In this document: positions 6,144 through 15,120 of the stretch, in pieces | Position numbering within the stretch: position 1 is the first letter of the stretch | How the letters are laid out: every line of letters begins with the position of its first letter | Source: a virus | Lineage: Duplodnaviria; Caudoviricetes | Reading direction: 5' to 3' (one strand) | DNA length: 50,607 nucleotides | IMG/VR virus record: IMGVR_UViG_3300010400_000025 | Coordinates: 1 to 50,607 of that record | The notes under the pieces: generated by a model | Told to the model about the DNA's origin: nothing | The model's input: the letters and a program-made list of their open reading frames with translations, nothing else | Databases searched by the model: none | Position numbers and translations under genes: made by a program

Positions 6144-8390
6144 CTAATCGAAGACGCTTTTCGCTCTGACATACCAGCGCTTGTTTCGCTTCTTGTCGAG
6201 CAGCTGCACACGCTCCAAGATGCCACTCTTGACCCACTGTCCGATCAGCCTCTTGACCTGTGCCTTGTCGTCCGGCTCGGCGAGATCGAGATTGAGCGCC
6301 ATGGCGACGACATTGCCCACCCAATCGTCGCGCGCCTGGGCGTCCTCGCGCCACGGCTCGGCGCCGAGCACCTGCAGCACTGATGGGACGTCAGCCTTGG
6401 CGCCGTCACCGGACCCCACCGACCACGCCACCACCACCGCCACATGATCGCCCTCGCGCCAACGCGAGCTACCATCCGCAGCGTCCACCACCCCATTGCC
6501 CAGGTCGACATTGTCGAGCTTCAGCCATTCGGTTTCATCATCCACCCACGGCGCCAGGTTCGACGCCGCGTCGGTCACCCTGAACAGCGACCGATAGGCG
6601 GTCGTCAGCCCCAGCTGCTTGCCCTCTTTCTTCGTCATCCGCGCCAGCGCCCGCACAGAGCGCATCTTGGCGACCAGCGCCGATGCGCCTCGGGCGGCAT
6701 CGACCGATGCGTCAGGATCGCTTCCCTGGCTCGCCTTGCGGGCATGGTGCACGAACTCGATGCCGACGCCTGCCTGATCCGCCACCCTGATCCATTCGGT
6801 CATCACCATGTCGATGCCCGAATTGTTGTTCTCGGATATCTCATGCGAGCTAACAAACGGATCGATCACCAGGACGTCGATGCGCCGCGCCTGAAGCTCG
6901 GCGACCAACGCCGATATCAGCGGGTGCAGCAGCTTGACGCCGTTCTTGTCCTCGATCGCGGTGACCAGGCGCAGCGATCGACCGCTGTCGAGGAACAGCC
7001 GGTCGCCGATATCGGCGGGCTCGATCTTATGGCGCAGCATCGCCGCCGTGATGCGCCGCTGAAGCTCCTCCAGCGGGTCTTCGCCGTTGATGTACCAGAC
7101 CCGCAGCGTGCCCTTGGGCCGCATATGCGGCAGCAACGTCCTGCCGGTTGTCATCGCCAGCACGTCGACCGTGGTCAGGCTGCTCTTGCCGACCTTGCTC
7201 GGGGCGACGGTCATCGACGCGAAGCGCCGCACGATGTGCGTGCCATACAGGAAATCGCGCGGCGGGGTGGCGTCCGACGGCACATGCTGCCACGGCGTGG
7301 CGGCAACCATGGGTCCTTGCGCCTCGTCGGGGCCGAAGATGGATTCATATTCCGGCTCGACCTCGACCTCGGGGCTCTCGACGAACCATTGCTCGGCAAA
7401 GCCGGTCCAGCCCGCCTTTTCCGCCTGGTGGTAGATGTAGTCCGCCCCTAGCTCCCGTGCGCTCTCGATCGACGCGAAGACCCGGTGCGCTTTCTCCGTC
7501 GGCGCCTCGATGCCAGCCTTGTCGGTGAACTCCTGGAAGAGTTCCAGGCCGTCGCTGTAGTCGACCGCGCCGCGCAATGCGATGGCGATGTTGCGCCATT
7601 GGTCGTAGCCGATCACCGCCGGGTCGTTCGGGATAGCCCGCATCGCCTCGGCGACGAGCCGTGGGTCACCACGGAGCTTCTCGGGGGCAACTACCTTGCC
7701 GTCGCCGGTCTGCGTCCTGGCAGCCTCCGGTAGCTCGCTGCGCAGCTGCACCAGGAACGCATTGCGCTGCTCGATCGTGATGATCGTGAGTTCCTCACGG
7801 GGCGGCATCCCATCGGGCCAGCTGTACGGCTGCCTGGTCTGCGGATGCACGCCGCACGCCACGAACCATTTCGCCTCGCCCGCCAGGCTCTCAACCAATC
7901 CTGGCGCGAGCTTGCGCTCGCCGACCACGACCAGCTTGTGCTCGTTGTCGCGGAAGCGGACCTGGTCGTACCGCATCTCGGGCGGGCAGTTGTACGGCAG
8001 CAGCACCTTGGGCGGGCGCCCGATCCGCCTCGGCGCGGGGCCGAGCATCTCATGCGCGAGCCCCATGATGTGGCTCACCCATTTCGGCGTCAGCGTGTCG
8101 ATGTCGATGCCGGTCATGCCGGTGCCGTTGCAGCTGAAGCCGACGCTGGCGCCCATGGCGTGCCATAGCTCGATCGTCTCTGGCGTGGCCGTGAAGTCCT
8201 TCGACGCCTTGCCGATCCAGTCGCCGTTGATCAGCACGCCGGGGCGTTTTCCCGCGTTGCTGATGCCGCCTTGCGGGGGCACCACGGGCAGGAGATTATG
8301 GTAGCCAAGGTCCCAGCATCGCTGAAAATGGTTGATACGTGCGTCATTCGCGTTATGCTTGGACACAGGGTTCATCCACCCTTTTTGCAT
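6144..8390 (-). CDS. Primase-helicase (prim-pol N-terminus, PriCT-2-like domain, RepA/AAA_25 helicase)
   Basis: GIDID catalytic motif, GYDQWRNIAIAL, Walker A APSKVGKS, Walker B LVIDPF, FVHHARK, ARGASAL. Start may be 8375. Confidence 0.9.
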   Translation of the reverse strand: MQKGWMNPVSKHNANDARINHFQRCWDLGYHNLLPVVPPQGGISNAGKRPGVLINGDWIGKASKDFTATPETIELWHAMGASVGFSCNGTGMTGIDIDTLTPKWVSHIMGLAHEMLGPAPRRIGRPPKVLLPYNCPPEMRYDQVRFRDNEHKLVVVGERKLAPGLVESLAGEAKWFVACGVHPQTRQPYSWPDGMPPREELTIITIEQRNAFLVQLRSELPEAARTQTGDGKVVAPEKLRGDPRLVAEAMRAIPNDPAVIGYDQWRNIAIALRGAVDYSDGLELFQEFTDKAGIEAPTEKAHRVFASIESARELGADYIYHQAEKAGWTGFAEQWFVESPEVEVEPEYESIFGPDEAQGPMVAATPWQHVPSDATPPRDFLYGTHIVRRFASMTVAPSKVGKSSLTTVDVLAMTTGRTLLPHMRPKGTLRVWYINGEDPLEELQRRITAAMLRHKIEPADIGDRLFLDSGRSLRLVTAIEDKNGVKLLHPLISALVAELQARRIDVLVIDPFVSSHEISENNNSGIDMVMTEWIRVADQAGVGIEFVHHARKASQGSDPDASVDAARGASALVAKMRSVRALARMTKKEGKQLGLTTAYRSLFRVTDAASNLAPWVDDETEWLKLDNVDLGNGVVDAADGSSRWREGDHVAVVVAWSVGSGDGAKADVPSVLQVLGAEPWREDAQARDDWVGNVVAMALNLDLAEPDDKAQVKRLIGQWVKSGILERVQLLDKKRNKRWYVRAKSVFD

Positions 8391-8471
8391 TGGCCTTGGG
8401 GACCGGACGGCGGCAGCCGCGCCGGTCCCTTTTCTTTTTCTGGCTAACGATAGTCCCGAGCGTCCGGCGTG

Positions 8472-8897
8472 TCATCCGCCATTGTGAACAACGGAATCGT
8501 CGAGCGCCTCCAGCAGCATGAGCGCGCTGCCGTACAGCGCCCGCGCCCGGTGCTCGGCCTGCCAGTAGTGGTCCGGCAGCACCACCTTGTCCTTGATCGC
8601 GTCGGCCAGCGTTCTGTCGCGCGCGGCACGCGCCTTTTCCCAGGCTTCGCGGTAGCGATCGACACGGGCTCGCACCGCGCCGATCGCCGCCTCGCGCAGC
8701 GGCACGCCGGGGGCATAGGGCAGCGTGCCGTCGACAAGCTCGTCGGCGTGCTTCTTGTTGACGGCGCGCTTCTCGCCATACTCCGGCGGCTCATGCCACG
8801 GGATCGTCCCGGCTGCCTTGTTGGCTTCATATTCGGCGAGATCGATCAGCGGTGGCGACGGAGTCGCCTTGTCGTCCATGCTCGGGGTCTTGGTCAT
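8472..8897 (-). CDS. Hypothetical protein (141 aa)
   Basis: ATGA coupling within the leftward operon. Confidence 0.7.
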   Translation of the reverse strand: MTKTPSMDDKATPSPPLIDLAEYEANKAAGTIPWHEPPEYGEKRAVNKKHADELVDGTLPYAPGVPLREAAIGAVRARVDRYREAWEKARAARDRTLADAIKDKVVLPDHYWQAEHRARALYGSALMLLEALDDSVVHNGG

Positions 8898-9220
8898 GCT
8901 GCGGTCAGCCTATGCTCGTATATGTGGCGGTTCGACGGGATGGCGCGCATTGCGCTGAGCGTGCGCGCTACCTTTTTGAACGACACCAGGTCGCAGTCGC
9001 TGGTGCCGTGGTCGAGCATCATATGCAAGATCGCCCGCAGCTTGATCTCGACGTCGAAGCACACGCTGGTCTTGATCAGCGCCTCCATGTCGTCGATCAA
9101 CTCATTCAGCTGGTCGCTGAATGGCCCTTGCCGCCACAGCACGGCGAGGTCTTCCAGGAATCTTTCGTACAGGTCGATCTCCTCGATGCAGCGCTTCGCG
9201 CGTTCTCTCTCATCCATCAC
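8894..9220 (-). CDS. Hypothetical helical protein (108 aa)
   Basis: Coupled overlaps; AAAGGA RBS. Confidence 0.7.
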   Translation of the reverse strand: MMDERERAKRCIEEIDLYERFLEDLAVLWRQGPFSDQLNELIDDMEALIKTSVCFDVEIKLRAILHMMLDHGTSDCDLVSFKKVARTLSAMRAIPSNRHIYEHRLTAA

Positions 9221-9534
9221 GCCGTTCCTTTCATTTCCGGCTGGCCTTCAAACCTGGCGATCATCTCCTTCATCAGCGTGACGATGTCGGCGCGGCTGGC
9301 GCCGTTGCTGATGTAGTTGCAGCGCCCGTCGAAATTTTCGAACGGAAACACCATCAGCACGAAGCCGGTCGGCCTCGCCGAGCCGCGCTTGTCGCCGTTC
9401 AGGAACTCGTCGAGCGTGCGGGCAATCGCCTCCATCTGCGCATAGTGCTTGGCCTCGATCGGCGCATCGCCGAGCCGATCGCCGGGGCCGAGCTTCTCGT
9501 AGGCTGCTTGCGCGCGCCGCTTTGCCTCACCCAT
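9217..9534 (-). CDS. Hypothetical phage protein (105 aa)
   Basis: MGEAKRR start; GFVLMVFPF...NYISNGASRADIV block. Confidence 0.75.
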   Translation of the reverse strand: MGEAKRRAQAAYEKLGPGDRLGDAPIEAKHYAQMEAIARTLDEFLNGDKRGSARPTGFVLMVFPFENFDGRCNYISNGASRADIVTLMKEMIARFEGQPEMKGTA

Positions 9535-9841
9535 GGCGCAGCCTCTCGATCGCCTGCAGCTTGGTCTTCTCCTCGGCGATCGTGCGCTGGTGGTCGCTCT
9601 CCAGCTTGCGCAACGCCTCGGCGCCTTCGTGGGCGATTTCGGCAAGCTTCCTGCCGAAATCGTTCTTCATCTCGACACGCTTGCGTTCGTGCTCGGCCTC
9701 GATGTCGATGATGCGGCGGCGCTGCTCGTTGTAGACGCTCGGCGCGCGGCGCAGGAAATCGTCGACGCCGGAGCGCAGCGACGTCGTCGGTAGCTGGCCC
9801 TCGTTCGAGAAGCCGTGGTCGGCTGCGTGGTGGATCGTCAT
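9527..9841 (-). CDS. Coiled-coil protein (104 aa)
   Basis: GGAGGAG RBS; charged heptad-like helix. Confidence 0.75.
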   Translation of the reverse strand: MTIHHAADHGFSNEGQLPTTSLRSGVDDFLRRAPSVYNEQRRRIIDIEAEHERKRVEMKNDFGRKLAEIAHEGAEALRKLESDHQRTIAEEKTKLQAIERLRHG

Positions 9842-9963
9842 GGTTCTCCTCCATCATGGGTTACCGGGGAATCAGCAGTCCTTACCCCCGGCCCGGTACA
9901 GGCACTGTCGAGCCTGCCCTTTTGATCCTTCTATCGCCCTCGGGCGAAGTGCTGCGGAAACTC

Positions 9964-10431
9964 TCATGCAAAGACATCATGCTCGTTGTCGATGATCGCG
10001 CTCGGCAATGACGCCAGCGCCTTGGCGGCGATCTCGCGCTGCTTCTCCAGCTGCTGGCGCATCTCGTCGACCAAGGAGCCAAGCTCGCCTGCGGTAAGCT
10101 CGGTCGGCGGCTTGTCGGCGGCGGCGTCGGTGATGGCGATATTGGCCAGCTTGGCAAGCTCGGCAGCGGCGCGCACGCGGGCGTCGACCTTGTAGGTCTT
10201 GGTGCCAGCGACCTCGGCCAACACGTTGACCGAGAGAGCCCCGGCGCGCTCGAATAGAAAGCGCTGCGTCTCGGCCCTGGTGGCTTCCTGCACTGCCGGA
10301 TTGCCTTTCAAATGATTGCCCGCATTGATGGGGTCCGCGTACCCCGCCTTCCAGGCAGCATAATGCGGATCGCCGGTCTGCGCATGTGCTTTGGCGAAGC
10401 GCTGCTGCATATGTGTGAGCCTCGGCAGCAT
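9964..10431 (-). CDS. Terminase small subunit-like protein
   Basis: LTHMQQRFAKAH...AAWKAGYA...LKGNPAV matches the TerS N-terminal HTH pattern; helical oligomerisation region; ends HDVFA. Confidence 0.65.
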   Translation of the reverse strand: MLPRLTHMQQRFAKAHAQTGDPHYAAWKAGYADPINAGNHLKGNPAVQEATRAETQRFLFERAGALSVNVLAEVAGTKTYKVDARVRAAAELAKLANIAITDAAADKPPTELTAGELGSLVDEMRQQLEKQREIAAKALASLPSAIIDNEHDVFA

Positions 10432-10598
10432 CAGTCGAAGATTCCCTTTGGCGGCAGCGGCGGGAACGCCAGGGCGAACGCCGCCTCGGCGGTGTCGGCC
10501 TGGAACGTGTAGACCTGGCCCTGGGCGTGAATCTCCAGCGTCACGGCCTCGCCTGGCACGATGCAGTAGAGCGCCACGCCGAGCCCGCCCTGCCTCAC
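10431..10598 (-). CDS. Small hypothetical protein (start uncertain, at least 55 aa)
   Basis: GLGVALYCIVPGEAVTLEI...; GTGA/TGATG overlaps; ends KGIFD. Confidence 0.6.
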   Translation of the reverse strand: MRQGGLGVALYCIVPGEAVTLEIHAQGQVYTFQADTAEAAFALAFPPLPPKGIFD

Positions 10599-10837
10599 AG
10601 CTTCGAAGTCGGGGACGGCGGGATGATCTGGAACAGCGCCAGTATCTCTGCCGGGGTCCACGGCGGTGGCTCCGTTCGCAGCGGCAGATACTTCACCGGG
10701 ACCCGGTTGTCCGTCACTGAAATCAAGCCTAGTCCCGGCACTTGAATCCACGTCGGGTGCCGGTCCGTCGGGAAAAAGCGAAGCACCGAATAGCCTGCCT
10801 TTCGCAACCACCCGATTGCTTCGGCCAGCGGGATCAC
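10595..10837 (-). CDS. Hypothetical protein (80 aa)
   Basis: GTGA overlap with the RHH gene; IPLAEAIGWLRKAGY... Confidence 0.55.
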   Translation of the reverse strand: MIPLAEAIGWLRKAGYSVLRFFPTDRHPTWIQVPGLGLISVTDNRVPVKYLPLRTEPPPWTPAEILALFQIIPPSPTSKL

Positions 10838-11067
10838 GCGAAGATGTCCTGGGCATGGGTCTTGTCCTTCTTTTTCGTCGCGCCTTTCTTCCACTTCGGC
10901 GCCGGAGGTTCCCCGGCGAAGTGGTCGGTGAGCACGCCGATGACCACATCGGTCGCCGATATCCCGCTCTTGGTCGCCGCCATCCAAATTTGGTTTTTCA
11001 ACGGCGTCGGCACACGGATCGACATGCGCTCCGTGCGCTCGTCATCGTACTTGGGTTTGAACGTCAC
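10834..11067 (-). CDS. Ribbon-helix-helix DNA-binding protein (77 aa)
   Basis: GGAG RBS and GTG 11067; ERMSIRVPTPLKNQIWMAATKSGISATDVVIGVL fits the RHH pattern; ends QDIFA. Confidence 0.8.
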   Translation of the reverse strand: MTFKPKYDDERTERMSIRVPTPLKNQIWMAATKSGISATDVVIGVLTDHFAGEPPAPKWKKGATKKKDKTHAQDIFA

Positions 11068-11117
11068 CTTGGTTGCTCCGTTATGTGTCTTACGTATGTC
11101 ACAACAGGCGGTTTGCT

Positions 11118-13373
11118 TCAATCTTTCCGGTAGCGTTTTGCCTGGTATCCACCCGCCGTCAGCGGCAGGCCTTCGGCCCACGGCGGCAGCTGGCAGATCA
11201 GCCGCGCGAATTCTTCCGCCGAGCCGAAACCTCTCGGCACTTCCGTGATGATTTCGTCGTACACGGTGCCGATCACCGGGTAATTGGCGCGCTCGGCATG
11301 CAGCATGCCGTTGACCAGAATGTCGCGTGCGACAGCCTGGGTGTTGTTCTCGCACAGCAAGCCTCCATATAGGCCGAATCTGACGAATTGCTTGGTCTTG
11401 CCGTCGACGCCCAAGGCGGTCGCCTTGGGAAAGCTCTGGCGCTCGATCCTGGCCTTGCCGACCATCTCCAGCTTCTCGGCCAAGCTGGCTTCCATGACCT
11501 CGGGCTCGGCCCACACGCCGTCGACCAGTCGACGAGCGTAGACCTGGGCGCGCAGCCTCGGGTTGGCATAGGCAAGACAGCGGCCCGACGGCAGCATGCA
11601 GAACAGGTAGCCGTGCATGACGCGGTACTGGACGCCAGCCACGCTGGCGATCAGCCCAGGCTGCTTGATGACCGTGCGGACCGCCTCTTCCAGGTCCCAC
11701 CACGATTGCTTGATCGCCGAATTCGACGCCCGCCAGGCCCGCTTGATCAACTCGCAGGCCAGCCACGCCTCTTCGCTCAGCACCAGCGTGGTCTTCTCCT
11801 TGCGGCTGCAGCAAGCGTCATAGCGCTTCTCGGCGGCGGCGAGGTCGAGCAGATCGGCGCGTTCCATGACCGGGCCGTAGAGCGCGTCGAGATCGACGCC
11901 GTAGTTGCGCGCCATGGAAGCGAACGCCCCGACGCCGCCGCCAAAGCCGAGCGCAAGCTCGGCGACCTTCCCGACGCTCTGGCGCAGGGGATGCTTGGGT
12001 CCGATCTCATCTACACTACGGCCAACAATTTGCGCCGCCGTGCGGCGATACATGTCGGGCAGCGCCGGATCGGCGATGATTTCGAACATCGCCTGCAGCT
12101 TCCAGTTCTCGCCCGCCAGCCAGGCGACCACCGCGCCCTCGATGCCGGAATAATCGGCGACCACCAGCTTCTTCCCCGGCGCCGCCCAGATGAACCCGCG
12201 CACGGCGTCCGAGAGGAGGTGCATGGGGTTGCCAAGCTCGGGGCCGTAGAACAACTCCAGCATGCGCGGATCGGCGGATCGGATCGCCTTGAACAGCAGC
12301 GCCGGATTGGTGTGCAGCTTCGCCGCTTCGAAGCTCTTCCTCGGCCTTGGCAGATTGGCAAAGTTGACGCCGGTAGATTGAAATCTACCAGTGCTGGCGA
12401 CATGGTAGATGAACGCCCCGCGCACCCGGTCGTCGGTGAGCGAAGCGCGGCGCAGCATCGCCTCGATCTTCGACACCGACGTCTTGCCTGCGGAAAGCCG
12501 CAGCTGGATCGCCTGTTTCACATGAAACGGCGTGTTGACGTTGTCGAGCGCCTCCTTGAGGTCGGCTTTGTTGGCCGAGTTGATCGGCACGCCCTGCGCG
12601 TTGATCCAGTGGAACAGCGCCGCCGCCTGGGTGCAGGCAGTGACGACACCGCCGGTCGCGGTGCTCATCGCCGCGTCGAAGATGCCCTTGGACTTCTCGG
12701 CCAACACCAGGGCTGCCCTGGCGGACCGCACGTCGATGCGCAGGCCGCGCCGGTTGATCACCAGGCTAAGCCGGTAAATCTCCTCCTCGGCATCGCTGAG
12801 CGGCAGCATGCGGCGCTCGGCGGCTTCCTCGGTGAGCACGTCCTTCACGCAGTATTCGCGGAATTCCTGGTAGGCGCGCGGGAAGTCGCGCGGATCGTTG
12901 AAGGTCTCGAACTTGTTCGGGATCGAGAACAGCTTGATCAGGTCCTTGCCGCGCTTGTCCTTCTGGGTGTCGAGGTTGAGCGCCTTGCCCAAATTCTCCA
13001 GGTCGCGCGGCAGCGCTAACGCGCTCGCCATCGCTGCCGTGCAGCGGTATTTCTTCGGCGCCAGCCAGCCTCGATGTTTCGCCAGCCATTCGAACGCCAG
13101 CATCTCGAATTCGGCATTGTGGGCGACCAGCACGGCGCCGTCGGCGATAGCCTCGCGCATGTCGTCCGGCTGCGGCCAGTCGCGATCCCACAGCTGAAGC
13201 TCGCCGCCGCCGATGCGATACGCCATCATCAGCACTTCAGCCGACGGATGCTCCCAGTAGCGATAGGCGCCGTAGTCGAAGATATCGAGTTCGCAGCGCG
13301 ATTCCACGTCGGCGTGGATCATCAGCGCGATCTCGTCGATCGCCGGTTGTAGCAGGGCGGCGCGGGTGATCAT
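11118..13373 (-). CDS. Phage DNA polymerase, family A, with 3'-5' exonuclease
   Basis: DVES (ExoI), AHNAEFE, YCVKDV, STGRF, motif A DYSGIE, motif B GKVAELALGFGGG, motif C VYDE, ENNTQAVARD. Confidence 0.95.
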   Translation of the reverse strand: MITRAALLQPAIDEIALMIHADVESRCELDIFDYGAYRYWEHPSAEVLMMAYRIGGGELQLWDRDWPQPDDMREAIADGAVLVAHNAEFEMLAFEWLAKHRGWLAPKKYRCTAAMASALALPRDLENLGKALNLDTQKDKRGKDLIKLFSIPNKFETFNDPRDFPRAYQEFREYCVKDVLTEEAAERRMLPLSDAEEEIYRLSLVINRRGLRIDVRSARAALVLAEKSKGIFDAAMSTATGGVVTACTQAAALFHWINAQGVPINSANKADLKEALDNVNTPFHVKQAIQLRLSAGKTSVSKIEAMLRRASLTDDRVRGAFIYHVASTGRFQSTGVNFANLPRPRKSFEAAKLHTNPALLFKAIRSADPRMLELFYGPELGNPMHLLSDAVRGFIWAAPGKKLVVADYSGIEGAVVAWLAGENWKLQAMFEIIADPALPDMYRRTAAQIVGRSVDEIGPKHPLRQSVGKVAELALGFGGGVGAFASMARNYGVDLDALYGPVMERADLLDLAAAEKRYDACCSRKEKTTLVLSEEAWLACELIKRAWRASNSAIKQSWWDLEEAVRTVIKQPGLIASVAGVQYRVMHGYLFCMLPSGRCLAYANPRLRAQVYARRLVDGVWAEPEVMEASLAEKLEMVGKARIERQSFPKATALGVDGKTKQFVRFGLYGGLLCENNTQAVARDILVNGMLHAERANYPVIGTVYDEIITEVPRGFGSAEEFARLICQLPPWAEGLPLTAGGYQAKRYRKD

Positions 13374-13567
13374 GCGGGCGGCTCGCCGTCGTCGATGCAT
13401 ATCTGTCCGAGCGGGTAGACATGCAGCGTACGTTCGAACCCAGGCTCGATAGCTTCGACCACGCAATGCGGATAGCCGTCGAGGCTGTCGAACAGCACGA
13501 TGACGCGCCCGCAGAAATTGGCTCCTTTGCGCGTCCTGACGAGATCGCCGATTTCAAATTCGCTCAT
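13370..13567 (-). CDS. Small SH3-fold protein resembling DfrB/R67 dihydrofolate reductase (65 aa)
   Basis: FEIGDLVRTRKGANFCGRV...VVE...LHVYP parallels the DfrB pattern FxxGDRVRKKSGAAWQG...VE...VQIYP; GGAGG RBS and ATGA overlaps. Confidence 0.55.
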   Translation of the reverse strand: MSEFEIGDLVRTRKGANFCGRVIVLFDSLDGYPHCVVEAIEPGFERTLHVYPLGQICIDDGEPPA

Positions 13568-14115
13568 GCGAAGATGTCCTCCGCTGGCTTGGGCAGCAGC
13601 CGGGTGACGACCGGCACCGCGCCCCACACCCACCAGGTGCAATTCATCGTTGGCGAGCCGCCGCCGGTCCAGTCGAGACGCCACGTCAGCATAAGCTCCT
13701 GGCGGGGCGGGAAGGCCTCGTACAGCGCGATCCGCGAAGCGGCGTGCCAGTAGTCGGACTTGAGCAGCATCGCCACCAGGCGGCTTCCTGGCACGGCCTT
13801 GCGGATGAATTGCGCGGCCAGCGCGAATGGCGGGTTGGTGATGACGTAGGGGGTCGCCGGTCCGGTTTTCAGGAAGTCGACGCCGGAGATGCCGTGGCCG
13901 CGATCGACGAGATCGGTGGCGAACACCGGGAAGCCGTGCCGAGCCAAAACTCGAGCAATAGCACCGTCGCCACAGGCCGGTTCGTGGATGCGCTCATTGT
14001 CGTCGAGATAGCGGTCGATCGCCCTTATCAGCGCCACCGTCGCCGATTCCGGCGTGCGGTAGAAACCGTCGGGGTGCCGGTTCGCGGCACGCGAACGCTC
14101 GACGCCAGGGATCAC
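13564..14115 (-). CDS. Orphan DNA N6-adenine (amino) methyltransferase (183 aa)
   Basis: FYRTP, EPACGDG (SAM binding), DFL, ITNPPF catalytic motif; ends EDIFA. Confidence 0.85.
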   Translation of the reverse strand: MIPGVERSRAANRHPDGFYRTPESATVALIRAIDRYLDDNERIHEPACGDGAIARVLARHGFPVFATDLVDRGHGISGVDFLKTGPATPYVITNPPFALAAQFIRKAVPGSRLVAMLLKSDYWHAASRIALYEAFPPRQELMLTWRLDWTGGGSPTMNCTWWVWGAVPVVTRLLPKPAEDIFA

Positions 14116-14264
14116 TGCGGGCGCTCCCACAGCTGGTTGAGCGCCGTGCAGATCATCTCGGCGACATTGACGTCGTTGCATGATGCGATCGGCACGACGT
14201 TGTTCCACTGCCGGTCGAAGATCAGGTAGCTGCTTTCGCGGTGCTCGAAATAGAAGCGGCTCAT
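14112..14264 (-). CDS. Small hypothetical protein (50 aa)
   Basis: MSRFYFEHRESSYLIFDR...AEMICTALN; 4-nt overlaps at both ends. Confidence 0.6.
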   Translation of the reverse strand: MSRFYFEHRESSYLIFDRQWNNVVPIASCNDVNVAEMICTALNQLWERPQ

Positions 14265-14878
14265 GCGAACACATCCGCCTTCGGCGGCTGCTTGCGGGTG
14301 ACCTCCCGGCCCTTGAGGCCGCGCAGATAGTCGGACGACTTGAGTTCGATGCGCTGGTAGGCGTTGGCCACGCAGCGGACCTGGAACAGGCAGTCGTCAA
14401 GCGCGCTGTGCGGCGCACTATCCCGCTCCATTTCGCGAACGTCGAGCAGGGTAAGATCGTAGAGCGTGCGGGTGTCCCGCACGTTCCAGTAGCTCCACGG
14501 CACGCCGTCGAGCCCGACGGCCTCGCAGGCTGCCTGCCACAGCACCGGATCGAAGCTCGCGCCGTGCGCCCACAGCCGGGTGCGATCCGCCGGTCCCTTC
14601 GACCGGAACCACTCGTAGAATTCCTTCACGACGGCGCGCAGGACGTGCTGGTCCTTTTTCAGGATCGCCTGCACCTCGGCGGGCTGTTGCAGCCACCAGT
14701 CGCGGGTCTTGGGGTCGATCGTCAGGCCGACGACCTCGCAGCTGCGCGGCTCGATGTTGCGGTAGAACGTGTCGCCGGTCCTGCCGTCGATCTCGAATTC
14801 GACGGCGCCGATCGAGCGGATCACGCAGCCGGGGCGGACCCCGAACGTCTCCAAGTCGAGCATGACATGGTGCATCAC
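14261..14878 (-). CDS. DEDD 3'-5' exonuclease (DUF5051/ExoVIII-like)
   Basis: MLDLET, SIGAV, WAHGASFD, RDTRTL, HSALDD; ends ADVFA. Confidence 0.9.
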   Translation of the reverse strand: MMHHVMLDLETFGVRPGCVIRSIGAVEFEIDGRTGDTFYRNIEPRSCEVVGLTIDPKTRDWWLQQPAEVQAILKKDQHVLRAVVKEFYEWFRSKGPADRTRLWAHGASFDPVLWQAACEAVGLDGVPWSYWNVRDTRTLYDLTLLDVREMERDSAPHSALDDCLFQVRCVANAYQRIELKSSDYLRGLKGREVTRKQPPKADVFA

Positions 14879-15120
14879 CGCACCTCCATGATGAAGCGGA
14901 CGGCCATGGCGGCGACCTGGACCGCCTCTTGGCGGGCCTTCTCGACATTGTCGGCCTTGACCTCGTCCCAGAGTTCGTCGACCTCCTCCAACAGCACCGC
15001 GTAGCCTTCATGCGGGGAGTGGAAATGCACGTCGCCGTGTTTGCCGATGGCGTCGAAGACTTCCTGCTGAATGAGGTCCAGGACTGTTTGGTACTGAAGG
15101 ACGCGCGGAATCTCCCTCAT
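14875..15120 (-). CDS. MazG-like nucleotide pyrophosphohydrolase (81 aa)
   Basis: HEGYAVLLEEVDELWDEVK...EAVQVAAMAVRF all-alpha NTP-PPase pattern. Confidence 0.7.
   Translation of the reverse strand: MREIPRVLQYQTVLDLIQQEVFDAIGKHGDVHFHSPHEGYAVLLEEVDELWDEVKADNVEKARQEAVQVAAMAVRFIMEVR

Noticed and set aside
10595-11067. RHH gene plus downstream ORF as a toxin-antitoxin pair
   Set aside because: The 80-aa ORF shows no recognisable toxin motif and the pair is embedded in the replication operon.
10834-11814. 326-aa ORF overlapping the polymerase 3' end
   Set aside because: Only the last 77 codons, after a GGAG RBS and GTG at 11067, look like a real (RHH) gene.
11388-13019. 543-aa plus-strand ORF
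   Set aside because: Antisense shadow of the polymerase gene in GC-rich DNA, with no motifs.
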